64,000 bases of DNA from Lingula anatina (Eukaryota; Animalia; Brachiopoda): contig CM120642.1 of the NCBI GenBank assembly GCA_051362555.1, positions 21,266,001 through 21,330,000 of the forward strand. Reading direction: 5' to 3'. Below the pieces are notes generated by a model that was not told the DNA's origin, did not search any database, and was given only the letters and a program-made list of their open reading frames with translations. Both the position numbers and the translations under genes were made by a program. Below are positions 11,175 to 23,499 of this stretch, one piece after another (position 1 is the first letter of the stretch; each line of letters begins with the position of its first letter).

Positions 11175-11615
11175 GTGACAGAATTGTAGTTGTTTGACAT
11201 TTTGTATGCGAAGAGTGAGAATTATCTACAATATTTTTTTTTCAATTTCACAACATCTAGACTCACATTAAACATCAAATATTTTGATTTGAGTTTGTTT
11301 GTGTAAGAAGTGACAAATTACCCATAATTGTCCTTTAGAAAAGAATATATACCCATTGAAGACATCTCCTTACTACCAATGCCAGATGCAGATTCCTCCT
11401 TACAATCGGTTTCTGGAATAGGGTTTAGCACACCATTTGACAATGTCCTAAAGCTTGCCATATACCATCTATTGTACACATGGATGAGACATAGCATTGC
11501 TCTTGCTGTTGTCTTTTGCTGTCTGTTTTTTCTATAGGAATTAGCCCAGACCAGACAGGAAGAATCAGTTCACCAAAAAAGCCATCACGCTGTATGGAAA
11601 AGGTCACCTGGAAAA
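11175..11615. repeat. Representative ~440-bp non-satellite cassette (first of 32 complete copies, the last at ~62020-62465, plus a truncated one at ~63550-63850)
   Basis: Marked by the repeated minus-strand ORF (11425, 13509, 18641 ... 62272). It always sits at the same monomer position (after GTTGACAGTGTG) and is followed by the same diverged, shortened monomer (AGAACAATATGTTTGATAAAAGTG...). Confidence 0.95.
11434..11607 (-). other. Candidate 174-nt symmetric (phase 0-0) exon in the cassette, 58 aa VTFSIQRDG...CTIDGIWQALGHCQM; present in all 32 complete copies
   Basis: Acceptor-like TTGTTCTTTTTCCAG|GTG, open frame, and a weak donor-like ATG|GTGTGC 6 nt before the stop. No homology recognised and no expression evidence. 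Confidence 0.2.
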
Positions 11616-14600
11616 AGAACAATATGTTTGATAAAAGTGAAAATTAAATTCTAAAAATTGACAAATTTCCCACACTAAAATAGTTGAACAATAATTTTGA
11701 TAAACTTAACCTAAACAGTTGACTATGTCTAATAAAAAGCATATTTTCAGAACATAAAAATTTGAGAAATACTGAAAATGACACTGAAAAGACTGCCAAA
11801 TACGGTGCCTTAAAATAGTTAAATGTTATTAATTTTCACAAATCTAGTCCAATATTTGTGAAATTTGGACAGATGATGCATAACAATAATAAAAATCTGT
11901 GATAAGCTCATCAGTTGACTGTGTCTCATGAAAAACATTTTTCAGAGCATATAAATGTGAGAAAACTGAAAATGACATTGAAAAGACTGCCAAATTCCAT
12001 GGCTTAAAATAGTTAAACGTTAATATTTTTCACAAATCTTCTCTAATATTTGTGAAATTTGGATAGATGATGCATAACAACAATAAAAATCTGTGATCAG
12101 CTCATCAGTTGACTGTGTCTTGTGAAAAAGATTTTTATGGACAATAAATTTGAGAAAACTGAAAATGACATTGAAAAGACTGTAAAATGTGGTGCCTTAA
12201 AATAGTTAAAAGTTAATAATTTTCACAAATGTTGTTCAATATTTGTGAAATTTGGACAGATGATGCATAACAATAATAAAAATCTGTGATAAGCTCATCA
12301 GTTGAATGTGTCTCATGAAAAAGAATTTTCAGAGCAAATAAATGTGAAAAAACTGAAAATGACATTACAAAGACTGCAAAATTCCATGGCTTCAAATAGT
12401 AAAACTTTAATAATTTGCACAAATCTTGTCTAATATTTGTGAAATTTGGACAGATGATGCATAACAACAATAAAAATCTGTGATAAGCTCATCAGTTGAC
12501 TGTGTCTCATGAAAAACATTTTTCAGAGCATATAAATGTGAGAAAACTGAAAATGACACTGAAAAGACTACCAAATTCCATGGTATAAAATAGTTAAACG
12601 TTAATATTTTTCACAAATCTTGTCTAATATTTGTGAAATTTGGACAGATGATGCATAACAACAATAAAAATCTGTGATAAGCTCATCATTGACTGTGTCT
12701 CATGAAAAACATTTTTCAGAGCATATAAATGTGAGAAAACTGAAAATGACACTGAAAAGACTACCAAATTCCATGGTATAAAATAGTTATACGTTAATAT
12801 TTTTCACAAATCTTGTCCAATATTTGTGGAAATTGGAGAGATGATGCTTAACAATAATAAAAATCTGTGATAAGCTCATCAGTTGACTGTGTCTCATGAA
12901 AAACATTTTTCAGAGCATATAAATGTGAGAAAACTGAAAATGACATTGAAAAGACTGCCAAATTCCATGGCTTAAAATAGTTAAACTTTAATAATTTTCA
13001 CAAATCTTGTCTAATATTTGTGAAATTTGGATAGATGATGCATAAAAACAATAAAAATCTGTGATAAGCTCATCAGTTGACTGTGTCTCATGAAAAAGAA
13101 TTTTCAGAGCATATAAATGTGAAAAAACTAAAAATGACATTGCAAAGACTAGTTAAACGTTAATAACTTTCACAAAACTTGTTCAATATTTGTGAAACTT
13201 GGAGAGATGATGCTTAACAATAACAAAAATCTGTGATAAGCTTAATAGTTGACAGTGTGTGACAGAATTGTAGTTGTTTGACATTTTGTATGCGAAGAGT
13301 GAGAATTATCTACAATATTTTTTTTTCAATTTCACAACATCTAGACTCACATTAAACATCAAATATTTTGATTTGAGTTTGTTTGTGTAAGAGGTGACAA
13401 ATTACCCATAATTGTCCTCTAGAAAAGAATATATACCCATTGAAGACATCTCCTTACTACCAATGCCAGATGCAGATTCCTCCTTACAATCGGTTTCTGG
13501 AATAGGGTTTAGCACACCATTTGACAATGTCCTAAAGCTTGCCATATACCATCTATTGTACACATGGATGAGACATAGCATTGCTCTTGCTGTTGTCTTT
13601 TGCTGTCTGTTTTTTCTATAGGAATTAGCCCTGACCAGACAGGAAGAATCAGTTCACCAAAGAAGCCATCACGCTGTATGGAAAAGGTCACCTGGAAAAA
13701 GAACAATATGTTTGATAAAAGTGAAAATTAAATTCTAAAAATTGACAAATTTCCCACACTAAAATAGTTGAACAATAATTTTGATAAACTTAACCTAAAC
13801 AGTTGACTATGTCTAATAAAAAGCATATTTTCAGAACATAAAAATTTGAGAAATACTGAAAATGACACTGAAAAGACTGCCAAATGCGGTGCCTTAAAAT
13901 AGTTAAATGTTATTAATTTTCACAAATCTAGTCCAATATTTGTGAAATTAGGACAGATGATGCATAACAATAATAAAAATCTGTGATAAGCTCATCAGTT
14001 GACTGTGTCTCATGAAAAACATTTTTCAGAGCATATAAATGTGAGAAAACTGAAAATGACATTGAAAAGACTGCCAAATTCCATGGCTTAAAATAGTTAA
14101 ACGTTAATATTTTTCACAAATCTTCTCTAATGTTTGTGAAATTTGGATAGATGATGCATAACAACAATAAAAATCTGTGATCAGCTCATCAGTTGACTGT
14201 GTCTTGTGAAAAAGATTTTTATGGACAATAAATTTGAGAAAACTGAAAATGACATTGAAAAGACTGTAAAATGTGGTGCCTTAAAATAGTTAAAAGTTAA
14301 TAATTTTCACAAATGTTGTTCAATATTTGTGAAATTTGGACAGATGATGCATAACAATAATAAAAATCTGTGATAAGCTCATCAGTTGAATGTGTCTCAT
14401 GAAAAAGAATTTTCAGAGCAAATAAATGTGAAAAAACTGAAAATGACATTACAAAGACTGCAAAATTCCATGGCTTCAAATAGTAAAACTTTAATAATTT
14501 TCACAAATCTTGTCTAACATTTGTGAAATTTGGAGAGATGATGCTTAACAATAACAAAAATCTGTGATAAGCTTAACAGTTGACAGTGTGTGATAGAATT

Positions 14601-17600
14601 GTAGTTGTTTGACATTTTGTATGCAAAGAGTGAGAATTTTGTACAATATTTTTTTTTTGCAATTTCATTTTTTTTTTCATTTTTTTAAAAATATTTTTGA
14701 AATTTGGAAAGATGATGCATAACAATAATAAAAATCTGTGATAAGCTCATCAGTTGACTGTGTCTCATGAAAAACATTTTTCAGAGCATATAAAAACTGA
14801 AAATGACATTGAAAAGACTGCAAAATTCCATGGCTTCAAATAGTAAAACTTTAATATTTTTCACAAATCTTGTCTAACATTTGTGAAATTTGGAGAGATG
14901 ATGCTTAACAATAACAAAAATCTGTGATAAGCTTAACAGTTGACAGTGTGTGATAGAATTATAGTTGTTTGACATTTTGTATGCAAAGAGTGAGAATTAT
15001 CTACAATATTTTTTTTTCAATTTCATTTTTTTTTTTCATTTTTTTTAAATATTTGTGAAATTTGGAAAGATGATGCATAACAATAATAAAAATCTGTGAT
15101 AAGCTCATCAGTTGACTGTGTCTCATGAAAAACATTTTTCAGAGCATATAAATGTGAGAAAACTGAAAATGACACTGAAAAGACTACCAAATTCCATGGT
15201 ATAAAATAGTTAAACGTTAATATTTTTCACAAATCTTGTCTAATATTTGTGAAATTTGGACAGATGATGCATAACAACAATAAAAATCTGTGATAAGCTC
15301 ATCAGTTGACTGTGTCTCATGAAAAACATTTTTCAGAGCATATAAATGTGAGAAAACTGAAAATGACACTGAAAAGACTACCAAATTCCATGGTATAAAA
15401 TAGTTATACGTTAATATTTTTCACAAATCTTGTCCAATATTTGTGGAAATTGGAGAGATGATGCTTAAAAATAATAAAAATCTGTGATAAGCTCATCAGT
15501 TGACTGTGTCTCATGAAAAACATTTTTCAGAGCATATAAATGTGAGAAAACGGAAAATGACATTGCAAAGACTGCAAAATTCTATGGCTTAAAATAGTTA
15601 AACGTTAATAATTTTCACAAATATAGTCTAATATTTGTGAAATTTGGATAGATGATGCATAACAACAATAAAAATCTGTGATAAGCTCATCAGTTGACTG
15701 TGTCTCATGAATAAGATTTTTTTGGACAATAAATTTGAGAAAACTGAAAATAACACTGAAACGAATGCCAAATTCAATGGCTTAAAATAGTTAAACGTTA
15801 ATAATTTTCACAAATCTTGTCTAATGTTTGTGAAATTTGGAAAGATGATGCATAACAACAATAAAAATCTGTGATAAGCTCATCAGTTGACTGTGTCTCA
15901 AAAAGATTTTTCACAAATCTTGTCTAATATTTGTGAAATTTGGATAGATGATGCATAACAACAATATAAATCTGTGATAAGCTCATCAGTTGACTGTGTC
16001 TCATTAAAAAGATTTTTTTTTTGGACAATAAAATTGAGAAAATTGAAAATGAAACTGAAAAGACTACAAAATGCGGTGCCTTAAAATAGTTAAATGTTAA
16101 TAATTTTCACAAAACTTGTTCAATATTTGTGAAATTTGGAGAGATGATGCTTAACAATAACAAAAATCTGTGATAAGCTTAACAGTTGACGGTGTGTGAT
16201 AAACGTTAGTTAAACGTAGTTAAACGTTAATAATTTTCACAAATCTTGTCTAATATTTGTGAAATTTGGATAGATGATGCATAATAACAATAAAAATCTG
16301 TAATAAGCTCATCAGTTGACTGTGTCTCGTGAAAAAGGTTTTTTTTGGACAAAAAATTTGAAAAAAATGACAATAACACTGAAACGACTGCCAAATTCTA
16401 TGGCTTAAAATAGTTTAACGTTAATAATTTTCACAAATATTGTCTAATATTTGTGAAATTTGGACAAGATTTTGCATAACAACAATAAAAATCTGTGATA
16501 AGCTCATCAGTTGAATGTGTCTCGTGAAAAAGAATTTTCAGAGAATATAAATGTGAGAAAACTGAAAATGACATTGAAAAGACTGCCAAATTCCATGGCT
16601 TAAAATAGTTAAACGTTAATAATTTTCACAAATCTTGTCTAACATTTGTGAAATTTGGATAGATGATGCATAAGAACAATAAAAATCTGTGATAAGCTCA
16701 TCAGTTGACTGTGTCTCGTGAAAAAGATTTTTTTTGGACAATAAATTTGAGAAAACTGACAATAACACTGAAACGACTGCCAAATTCCATGGCTTAAAAT
16801 AGCTTAACGTTAATAATTTTCACAAATATTGTCTAATATTTGTGAAATTTGGACAAGATTTTGCATAACAACAATAAAAATCTGTGATAAGCTCATCAGT
16901 TGAATGTGTCTTATGAAAAAGAATTTTCAGAGCATATAAATTTGAGAAAACTGAAAATGACATTGAAAAGACTGTAAAATGTGGTGCCTTAAAATAGTTA
17001 AAAGTTAATAATTTTCACAAATCTTGTTCGATATTTGTGAAATTTGGACAGATGATGCATAACAATAATAAAAATCTGTGATAAGCTCATCAGTTGACTG
17101 TGTCTCATGAAAAAAATTTTTTTGGACAATAAACTTGAGAAAACAGAAAATGACATTGAAAAGACTGCAAAATGCGGTGCCTTGAAAAGTTAAACGTTAA
17201 TAATTTTCACAAATCTTGTTCAAGATTTGTGAAATTTAGACAGATGATGCATAACAATAATAAAAATCTGTGATAAGCTCATCAGTTGACTGTGTCTCAT
17301 GAAAAACATTTTTCAGAGCATATAAATGTGAGAAAACTGAAAATGACATTGAAAAGACTGCCAAATTCCATGGCTTAAAATAGTTAAACTTTAATAATTT
17401 TCACAAATCTTGTCTAATATTTGTGAAATTTGGATAGATGATGCATAAAAACAATAAAAATCTGTGATAAGCTCATCAGTTGACTGTGTCTCATGAAAAA
17501 GAATTTTCAGAGCATATAAATGTGAAAAAACTAAAAATGACATTGCAAAGACTAGTTAAACGTTAATAACTTTCACAAAACTTGTTCAATATTTGTGAAA

Positions 17601-20600
17601 TTTGGAGAGATGATGCTTAACAATAACAAAAATCTGTGATAAGCTTAATAGTTGACAGTGTGTGACAGAATTGTAGTTGTTTGACATTTTGTATGCGAAG
17701 AGTGAGAATTATCTACAATATTTTTTTTTTCAATTTCATTTTTTTTTTTCATTTTTTTAAAAATATTTTTGAAATTTGGAAAGATGATGTATAACAATAA
17801 TAAAAATCTGTGATAAGCTCATCAGTTGACTGTGTCTCATGAAAAACATTTTTCAGAGCATATAAAAACTGAAAATGACATTGAAAAGACTGCAAAATTC
17901 CATGGCTTCAAATAGTAAAACTTTAATATTTTTCACAAATCTTGTCTAACATTTGTGAAATTTGGAGAGATGATGCTTAACAATAACAAAAATCTGTGAT
18001 AAGCTTAACAGTTGACAGTGTGTGATAGAATTATAGTTGTTTGACATTTTGTATGGAAAGAGTGAGAATTATCTACAATATTTTTTTTTCAATTTCATTT
18101 TTTTTTTCATTTTTTTTAAATATTTGTGAAATTTGGAAAGATGATGCATAACAATAATAAAAATCTGTGATAAGCTCATCAGTTGACTGTGTCTCATGAA
18201 AAACATTTTTCAGAGCATATAAAAGTGAGAAAACTGAAAATGACATTGAGAAGACTGCCAAATTCCATGGCTTAAAATAGTTAAACGTTAATATTTTTCA
18301 CAAATCTTGTCTAACTTTCGTGAAATTTGGAGAGATGATGCTAAACAATAACAAAAATCTGTGATAAGCTTAACAGTTGACAGTGTGTGATAGAATTGTA
18401 GTTGTTTGACATTTTGTATGCGAAGAGTGAGAATTATCTACAATATTTTTTTTTCAATTTCACAACATCTAATTAGACTCACATTAAACATCAAATATTA
18501 TGATTTAAGTTTGTTTGCGTAAGAGGTGACAAATTACCCACAATTGTCCTCTGGAAAAGAATATATACCCATTTAAGACATCTCCTTACTACCAATACCA
18601 GATGCAGATTCCTCCTTACAATCGGTTTCTGGAATAGGGTTTAGCACACCATTTGACAATGTCCTAAAGCTTGCCATATACCATCTATTGTACACATGGA
18701 TGAGACATAGCATTGCTCTTGCTGTTGTCTTTTGCTGTTTGTTTTTTCTATAGTAATTAGCCCTGACCAGACAGGAAGAATCAGTTCACCAAAAAAGCCA
18801 TCACGCTGTATGGGAAAGGTCACCTGGAAAAAGAACAATATGTTTGATAAAAGTGAAAATTAAATTCTAAAAATTGACAAATTTCCCACACTAAAATAGT
18901 TGAACAATAATTTTGATAAACTTAACCTAAACAGTTGACTAAGTCTAATAAAAAGCATATTTTCAGAACATAAAAATTTGAGAAATACTGAAAATAACAC
19001 TGAAAAGACTGCCAAATGCGGTGCCTTAAAATAGTTAAATGTTATTAATTTTCACAAATCCAGTCCAATATTTGTGAAATTTGGACAGATGATGCATAAC
19101 AATAATAAAAATCTGTGATAAGCTCATCAGTTGACTGTGTCTCATGAAAAACATTTTTCAGAGCATATAAATGTGAGAAAACTGAAAATGACATTGAAAA
19201 GACTGCCAAACTCCATGGCTTAAAATAGTTAAACGTTAATATTTTTCATAAATCTTGTCTAATATTTGTGAAATTTGGATAGATGATGCATAACAACAAT
19301 AAAAATCTGTGATAAGCTCATCAGTTGAATGTGTCTTATGAAAAAGAATTTTCAGAGCATATAAATTTGAGAAAACAGAAAATGACATTGAAAAGACTGC
19401 AAAATGTGGTGCCTTAAAATAGTTAAAAGTTAATAATTTTCACAAATCTTGTTCAATATTTGTGAAATTTGGATAGATGATGCATAACAATAATAAAAAT
19501 CTGTGATAAGCTCATGAGTTGAATATGTCTCATGAAAAAGAATTTTCAGAGCAAATAAATGTGAAAAAACTGAAAATGACATCACAAAGACTGCAAAATT
19601 CCATGGCTTAAAATAGTAAAACTTTAATAATTTTCACAAATCTTGTCTAACATTTGTGAAATTTGGAGAGATGATGCTTAACAATAACAAAAATCTGTGA
19701 TAAGCTTAATAGTTGAGAGTGTGTGACAGAATTGTAGTTGTTTGACATTTTGTATGCGAAGAGTGAGAATTATCTACAATATTTTTTTTTCAATTTCACA
19801 ACATCTAGACTCACATTAAACATCAAATATTTTGATTTGAGTTTGTTTGTGTAAGAGGTGACAAATTACCCATAATTGTCCTCTAGAAAAGAATATATAC
19901 CCATTGAAGACATCTCCTTACTACCAATGCCAGATGCAGATTCCTCCTTACAATCGGTTTCTGGAATAGGGTTTAGCACACCATTTGACAATGTCCTAAA
20001 GCTTGCCATATACCATCTATTGTACACATGGATGAGACATAGCATTGCTCTTGCTGTTGTCTTTTGCTGTTTGTTTTTTCTATAGTAATTAGCCCTGACC
20101 AGACAGGAAGAATCAGTTCACCAAAAAAGCCATCACGCTGTATGGAAAAGGTCACCTGGAAAAAGAACAATATGTTTGATAAAAGTGAAAATTAAATTCT
20201 AAAAATTGACAAATTTCCCACACTAAAATAGTTGAACAATAATTTTGATAAACTTAACCTAAACAGTTGACTAAGTCTAATAAAAAGCATATTTTCAGAA
20301 CATAAAAATTTGAGAAATACTGAAAATGACACTGAAAAGACTGCCAAATGCGGTGCCTTAAAATAGTTAAATGTTATTAATTTTCACAAATCTAGTCCAA
20401 TATTTGTGAAATTTGGACAGATGATGCATAACAATAATAAAAATCTGTGATAAGCTCATCAGTTGACTGTGTCTCATGAAAAACATTTTTCAGAGCATAT
20501 AAATGTGAGAAAACTGAAAATGACATTGAAAAGACTGCCAAATTCCATGGCTTAAAATAGTTAAACGTTAATATTTTTCATAAATCTTCTCTAATATTTG

Positions 20601-23499
20601 TGAAATTTGGATAGATGATGCATAACAACAATAAAAATCTGTGATAAGCTCATCAGTTGAATGTGTCTTATGAAAAAGAATTTTCAGAGCATATTAATTT
20701 GAGAAAACTGAAAATGACATTGAAAAGACTGTAAAATGTGGTGCCTTAAAATAGTTAAAAGTTAATAATTTTCACAAATGTTGTTCAATATTTGTGAAAT
20801 TTGGACAGATGATGCATAACAATAATAAAAATCTGTGATAAGCTCATCAGTTGAATGTGTCTCATGAAAAAGAATTTTCAGAGCAAATAAATGTGAAAAA
20901 ACTGAAAATGACATTACAAAGACTGCAAAATTCCATGGCTTCAAATAGTAAAACTTTAATAATTTTCACAAATCTTGTCTAACATTTGTGAAATTTGGAG
21001 AGATGATGCTTAACAATAACAAAAATCTGTGATAAGCTTAATAGTTGACAGTGTGTGATAGAATTGTAGTTGTTTGACATTTTGTATGCAAAGAGTGAGA
21101 ATTATCTACAATATTTTTTTTTCAATTTCATTTTTTTTTTCATTTTTTTAAAAATATTTTTGAAATTTGGAAAGATGATGCGTAACAATAATAAAAATCT
21201 GTGATAAGCTCATCAGTTGACTGTGTCTCACGAAAAAAAATCTGTGATAAGCTTAACAGTTGACAGTGTGTGACAGAATTGTAGTTGTTTGACACTTTGT
21301 ATGCAAAGAGTAGGAATTATCTACAATTTTTTTTTTCAATTTCACAACATCTAATTAGACTCACATTAAACATCAAATATTATGATTTGAGTTTGTTTGT
21401 GTAAGAGGTGACAAATTACTCATAATTGTCCTCTAGAAAAGAATATATACCCATTGAAGACATCTCCTTACTACCAATGCCATATGCAGATTCCTCCTTA
21501 CAATCGGGTTCTGGAATAGGGTTTAGCACACCATTTGACAATGTCCTAAAGCTTGCCATATACCATCTATTGTACACATGGATGAGACATAGCATTGCTC
21601 TTGCTGTTGTCTTTTGCTGTCTGTTTTTTCTATAGTAATTAGCCCTGACCAGACAGGAAGAATCAGTTCACCAAAAAAGCCATCACGCTGTATGGAAAAG
21701 GTCACCTGGAAAAAGAACAATATGTTTGATAAAAGTGAAAATTAAATTCTAAAAATTGACAAATTGCCCACACTAAAATAGTTGAACAATAATTTTGATA
21801 AACTTAACCTAAACAGTTGACTATGTCTAATAAAAAGGATATTTTCAGAACACATAAATTTGAGAAATACTGAAAATGACATTGAAAAGACTGCCAAATT
21901 CCATGGTTGAAAATAGTTAGACGTTAATAATTTTCACAAATCTTGTCTAATATTTGTGAAATTTCGAGAGATGATGCATAACAACAATAAAAATCTGTGA
22001 TAAGCTCATCAGTTGACTGCGTCTCATGAAAAACATTTTTCAGAGCATATAAATGTGAGAAAACTGAAAATGACATTGAAAAGACTGTAAAATTCCATGG
22101 CTTAAATTAGTTAAACGTTAATAATTTTCACAAATCTTGTCTAAGATTTGTGAAATTTGGATAGATGATGCATAACAACAATAAAAATCTGTGATAAGCT
22201 CATCAGTTGACTGTGTCTCACGAAAAAGAATTTTCAGAGCATATAAATGTGAAAAAACTAAAAATGACATTGCAAAGACTGCAAACTTCCATGGCTTAAA
22301 ATAGTTAAACGTTAATAATTTTCACAAAACTTGTTCAATATTTGTGAAATTTGGAGAGATGATGCCTAACAATAACAAAAATCTGTGATAAGCTTAACAG
22401 TTGACAGTGTGTGACAGAATTGTAGTTGTTTGACACTTTGTATGCAAAGAGTAGGAATTATCTACAATTTTTTTTTTCAATTTCACAACATCTAATTAGA
22501 CTCACATTAAACATCAAATATTATGATTTGAGTTTGTTTGTGTAAGAGGTGACAAATTACTCATAATTGTCCTCTAGAAAAGAATATATACCCATTGAAG
22601 ACATCTCCTTACTACCAATGCCATATGCAGATTCCTCCTTACAATCGGGTTCTGGAATAGGGTTTAGCACACCATTTGACAATGTCCTAAAGCTTGCCAT
22701 ATACCATCTATTGTACACATGGATGAGACATAGCATTGCTCTTGCTGTTGTCTTTTGCTGTCTGTTTTTTCTATAGTAATTAGCCCTGACCAGACAGGAA
22801 GAATCAGTTCACCAAAAAAGCCATCACGCTGTATGGAAAAGGTCACCTGGAAAAAGAACAATATGTTTGATAAAAGTGAAAATTAAATTCTAAAAATTGA
22901 CAAATTGCCCACACTAAAATAGTTGAACAATAATTTTGATAAACTTAACCTAAACAGTTGACTATGTCTAATAAAAAGGATATTTTCAGAACACATAAAT
23001 TTGAGAAATACTGAAAATAACATTGAAAAGACTGCCAAATTCCATGGTTGAAAATAGTTAAACGTTAATAATTTTCACAAATCTTGTTCAAGATTTGTGA
23101 AATTTAGACAGATGATGCATAACAATAATAAAAATCTGTGATAAGCTCATCAGTTGACTGTGTCTCATGAAAAACATTTTTCAGAGCATATAAATGTGAG
23201 AAAACTGAAAATGACATTGAAAAGACTGCAAAATGCGGTGCCTTAAAATAGTTAAACGTTAATAATTTTCACAAATCTTGTCTAATATTTGTGAAATTTG
23301 GATAGATGATGCATAAAAACAATAAAAATCTGTGATAAGCTCATCAGTTGACTGTGTCTCACGAAAAAGAATTTTCAGAGCATATAAATGTGAAAAAACT
23401 AAAAATGACATTGCAAAGACTGCAAACTTCCATGGCTTAAAATAGTTAAACGTTAATAATTTTCACAAAACTTGTTCAATATTTGTGAAATTTGGAGAG

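Larger units (their letters stand above)
8600..17730. repeat. Segmental duplication inside the array: ~8600-11250 repeated at ~15090-17730 (offset 6488); also a 2084-bp duplication around cassettes 1 and 2
   Basis: Rare junctions CAAAAAGATTTTTCAC (9411 and 15899) and GGTGTGTGATAAACGTTAG (9703 and 16191) are both 6488 apart. ORFs 11328 and 13412 are 2084 apart with matching downstream monomers. Confidence 0.85.

Noticed and set aside
11310-11335. AATTACCCA resemblance to nematode SL1, or the cassette as a snRNA/5S/tRNA gene
   Set aside because: The match is only 9 nt. I see no SL donor/Sm-site layout, cloverleaf or recognisable RNA family sequence. An Rfam/Infernal search would be the decisive test.
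11300-11470. Minus-strand ATG frame MASFRTLSNGVLNPIPEPDCKEESAYGIGSKEMSSMG as a first coding exon
   Set aside because: It is frameshifted in the copies at ~51.4 and ~56.7 kb, carries many amino-acid-changing variants, has only a weak donor and shows no recognisable homology.
11434-11490. CTIDGIWQALGHC as a Sushi/CCP domain
   Set aside because: It only echoes the C-x3-G-x-W...C end of the domain. The N-terminal cysteine pattern is missing, and such exons are usually phase 1-1.
11328-11537. Repeated 69-aa plus-strand ORF (MSSRKEYIP...CCLFFL) as a small membrane protein gene
   Set aside because: It starts at TTG, not ATG; its hydrophobic tail comes from a pyrimidine tract; it is broken by stops in four copies; and most visible variants change amino acids.
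11175-11615. Cassette as an independently transposing MITE, SINE or solo LTR
   Set aside because: No terminal inverted repeats or TSD are visible, and every copy has identical satellite junctions, consistent with a single insertion.
12213-20944. Minus-strand ORFs inside satellite monomers (12213, 14297, 18073, 20762)
   Set aside because: Chance open frames in a few monomer variants; neighbouring monomers have stops.
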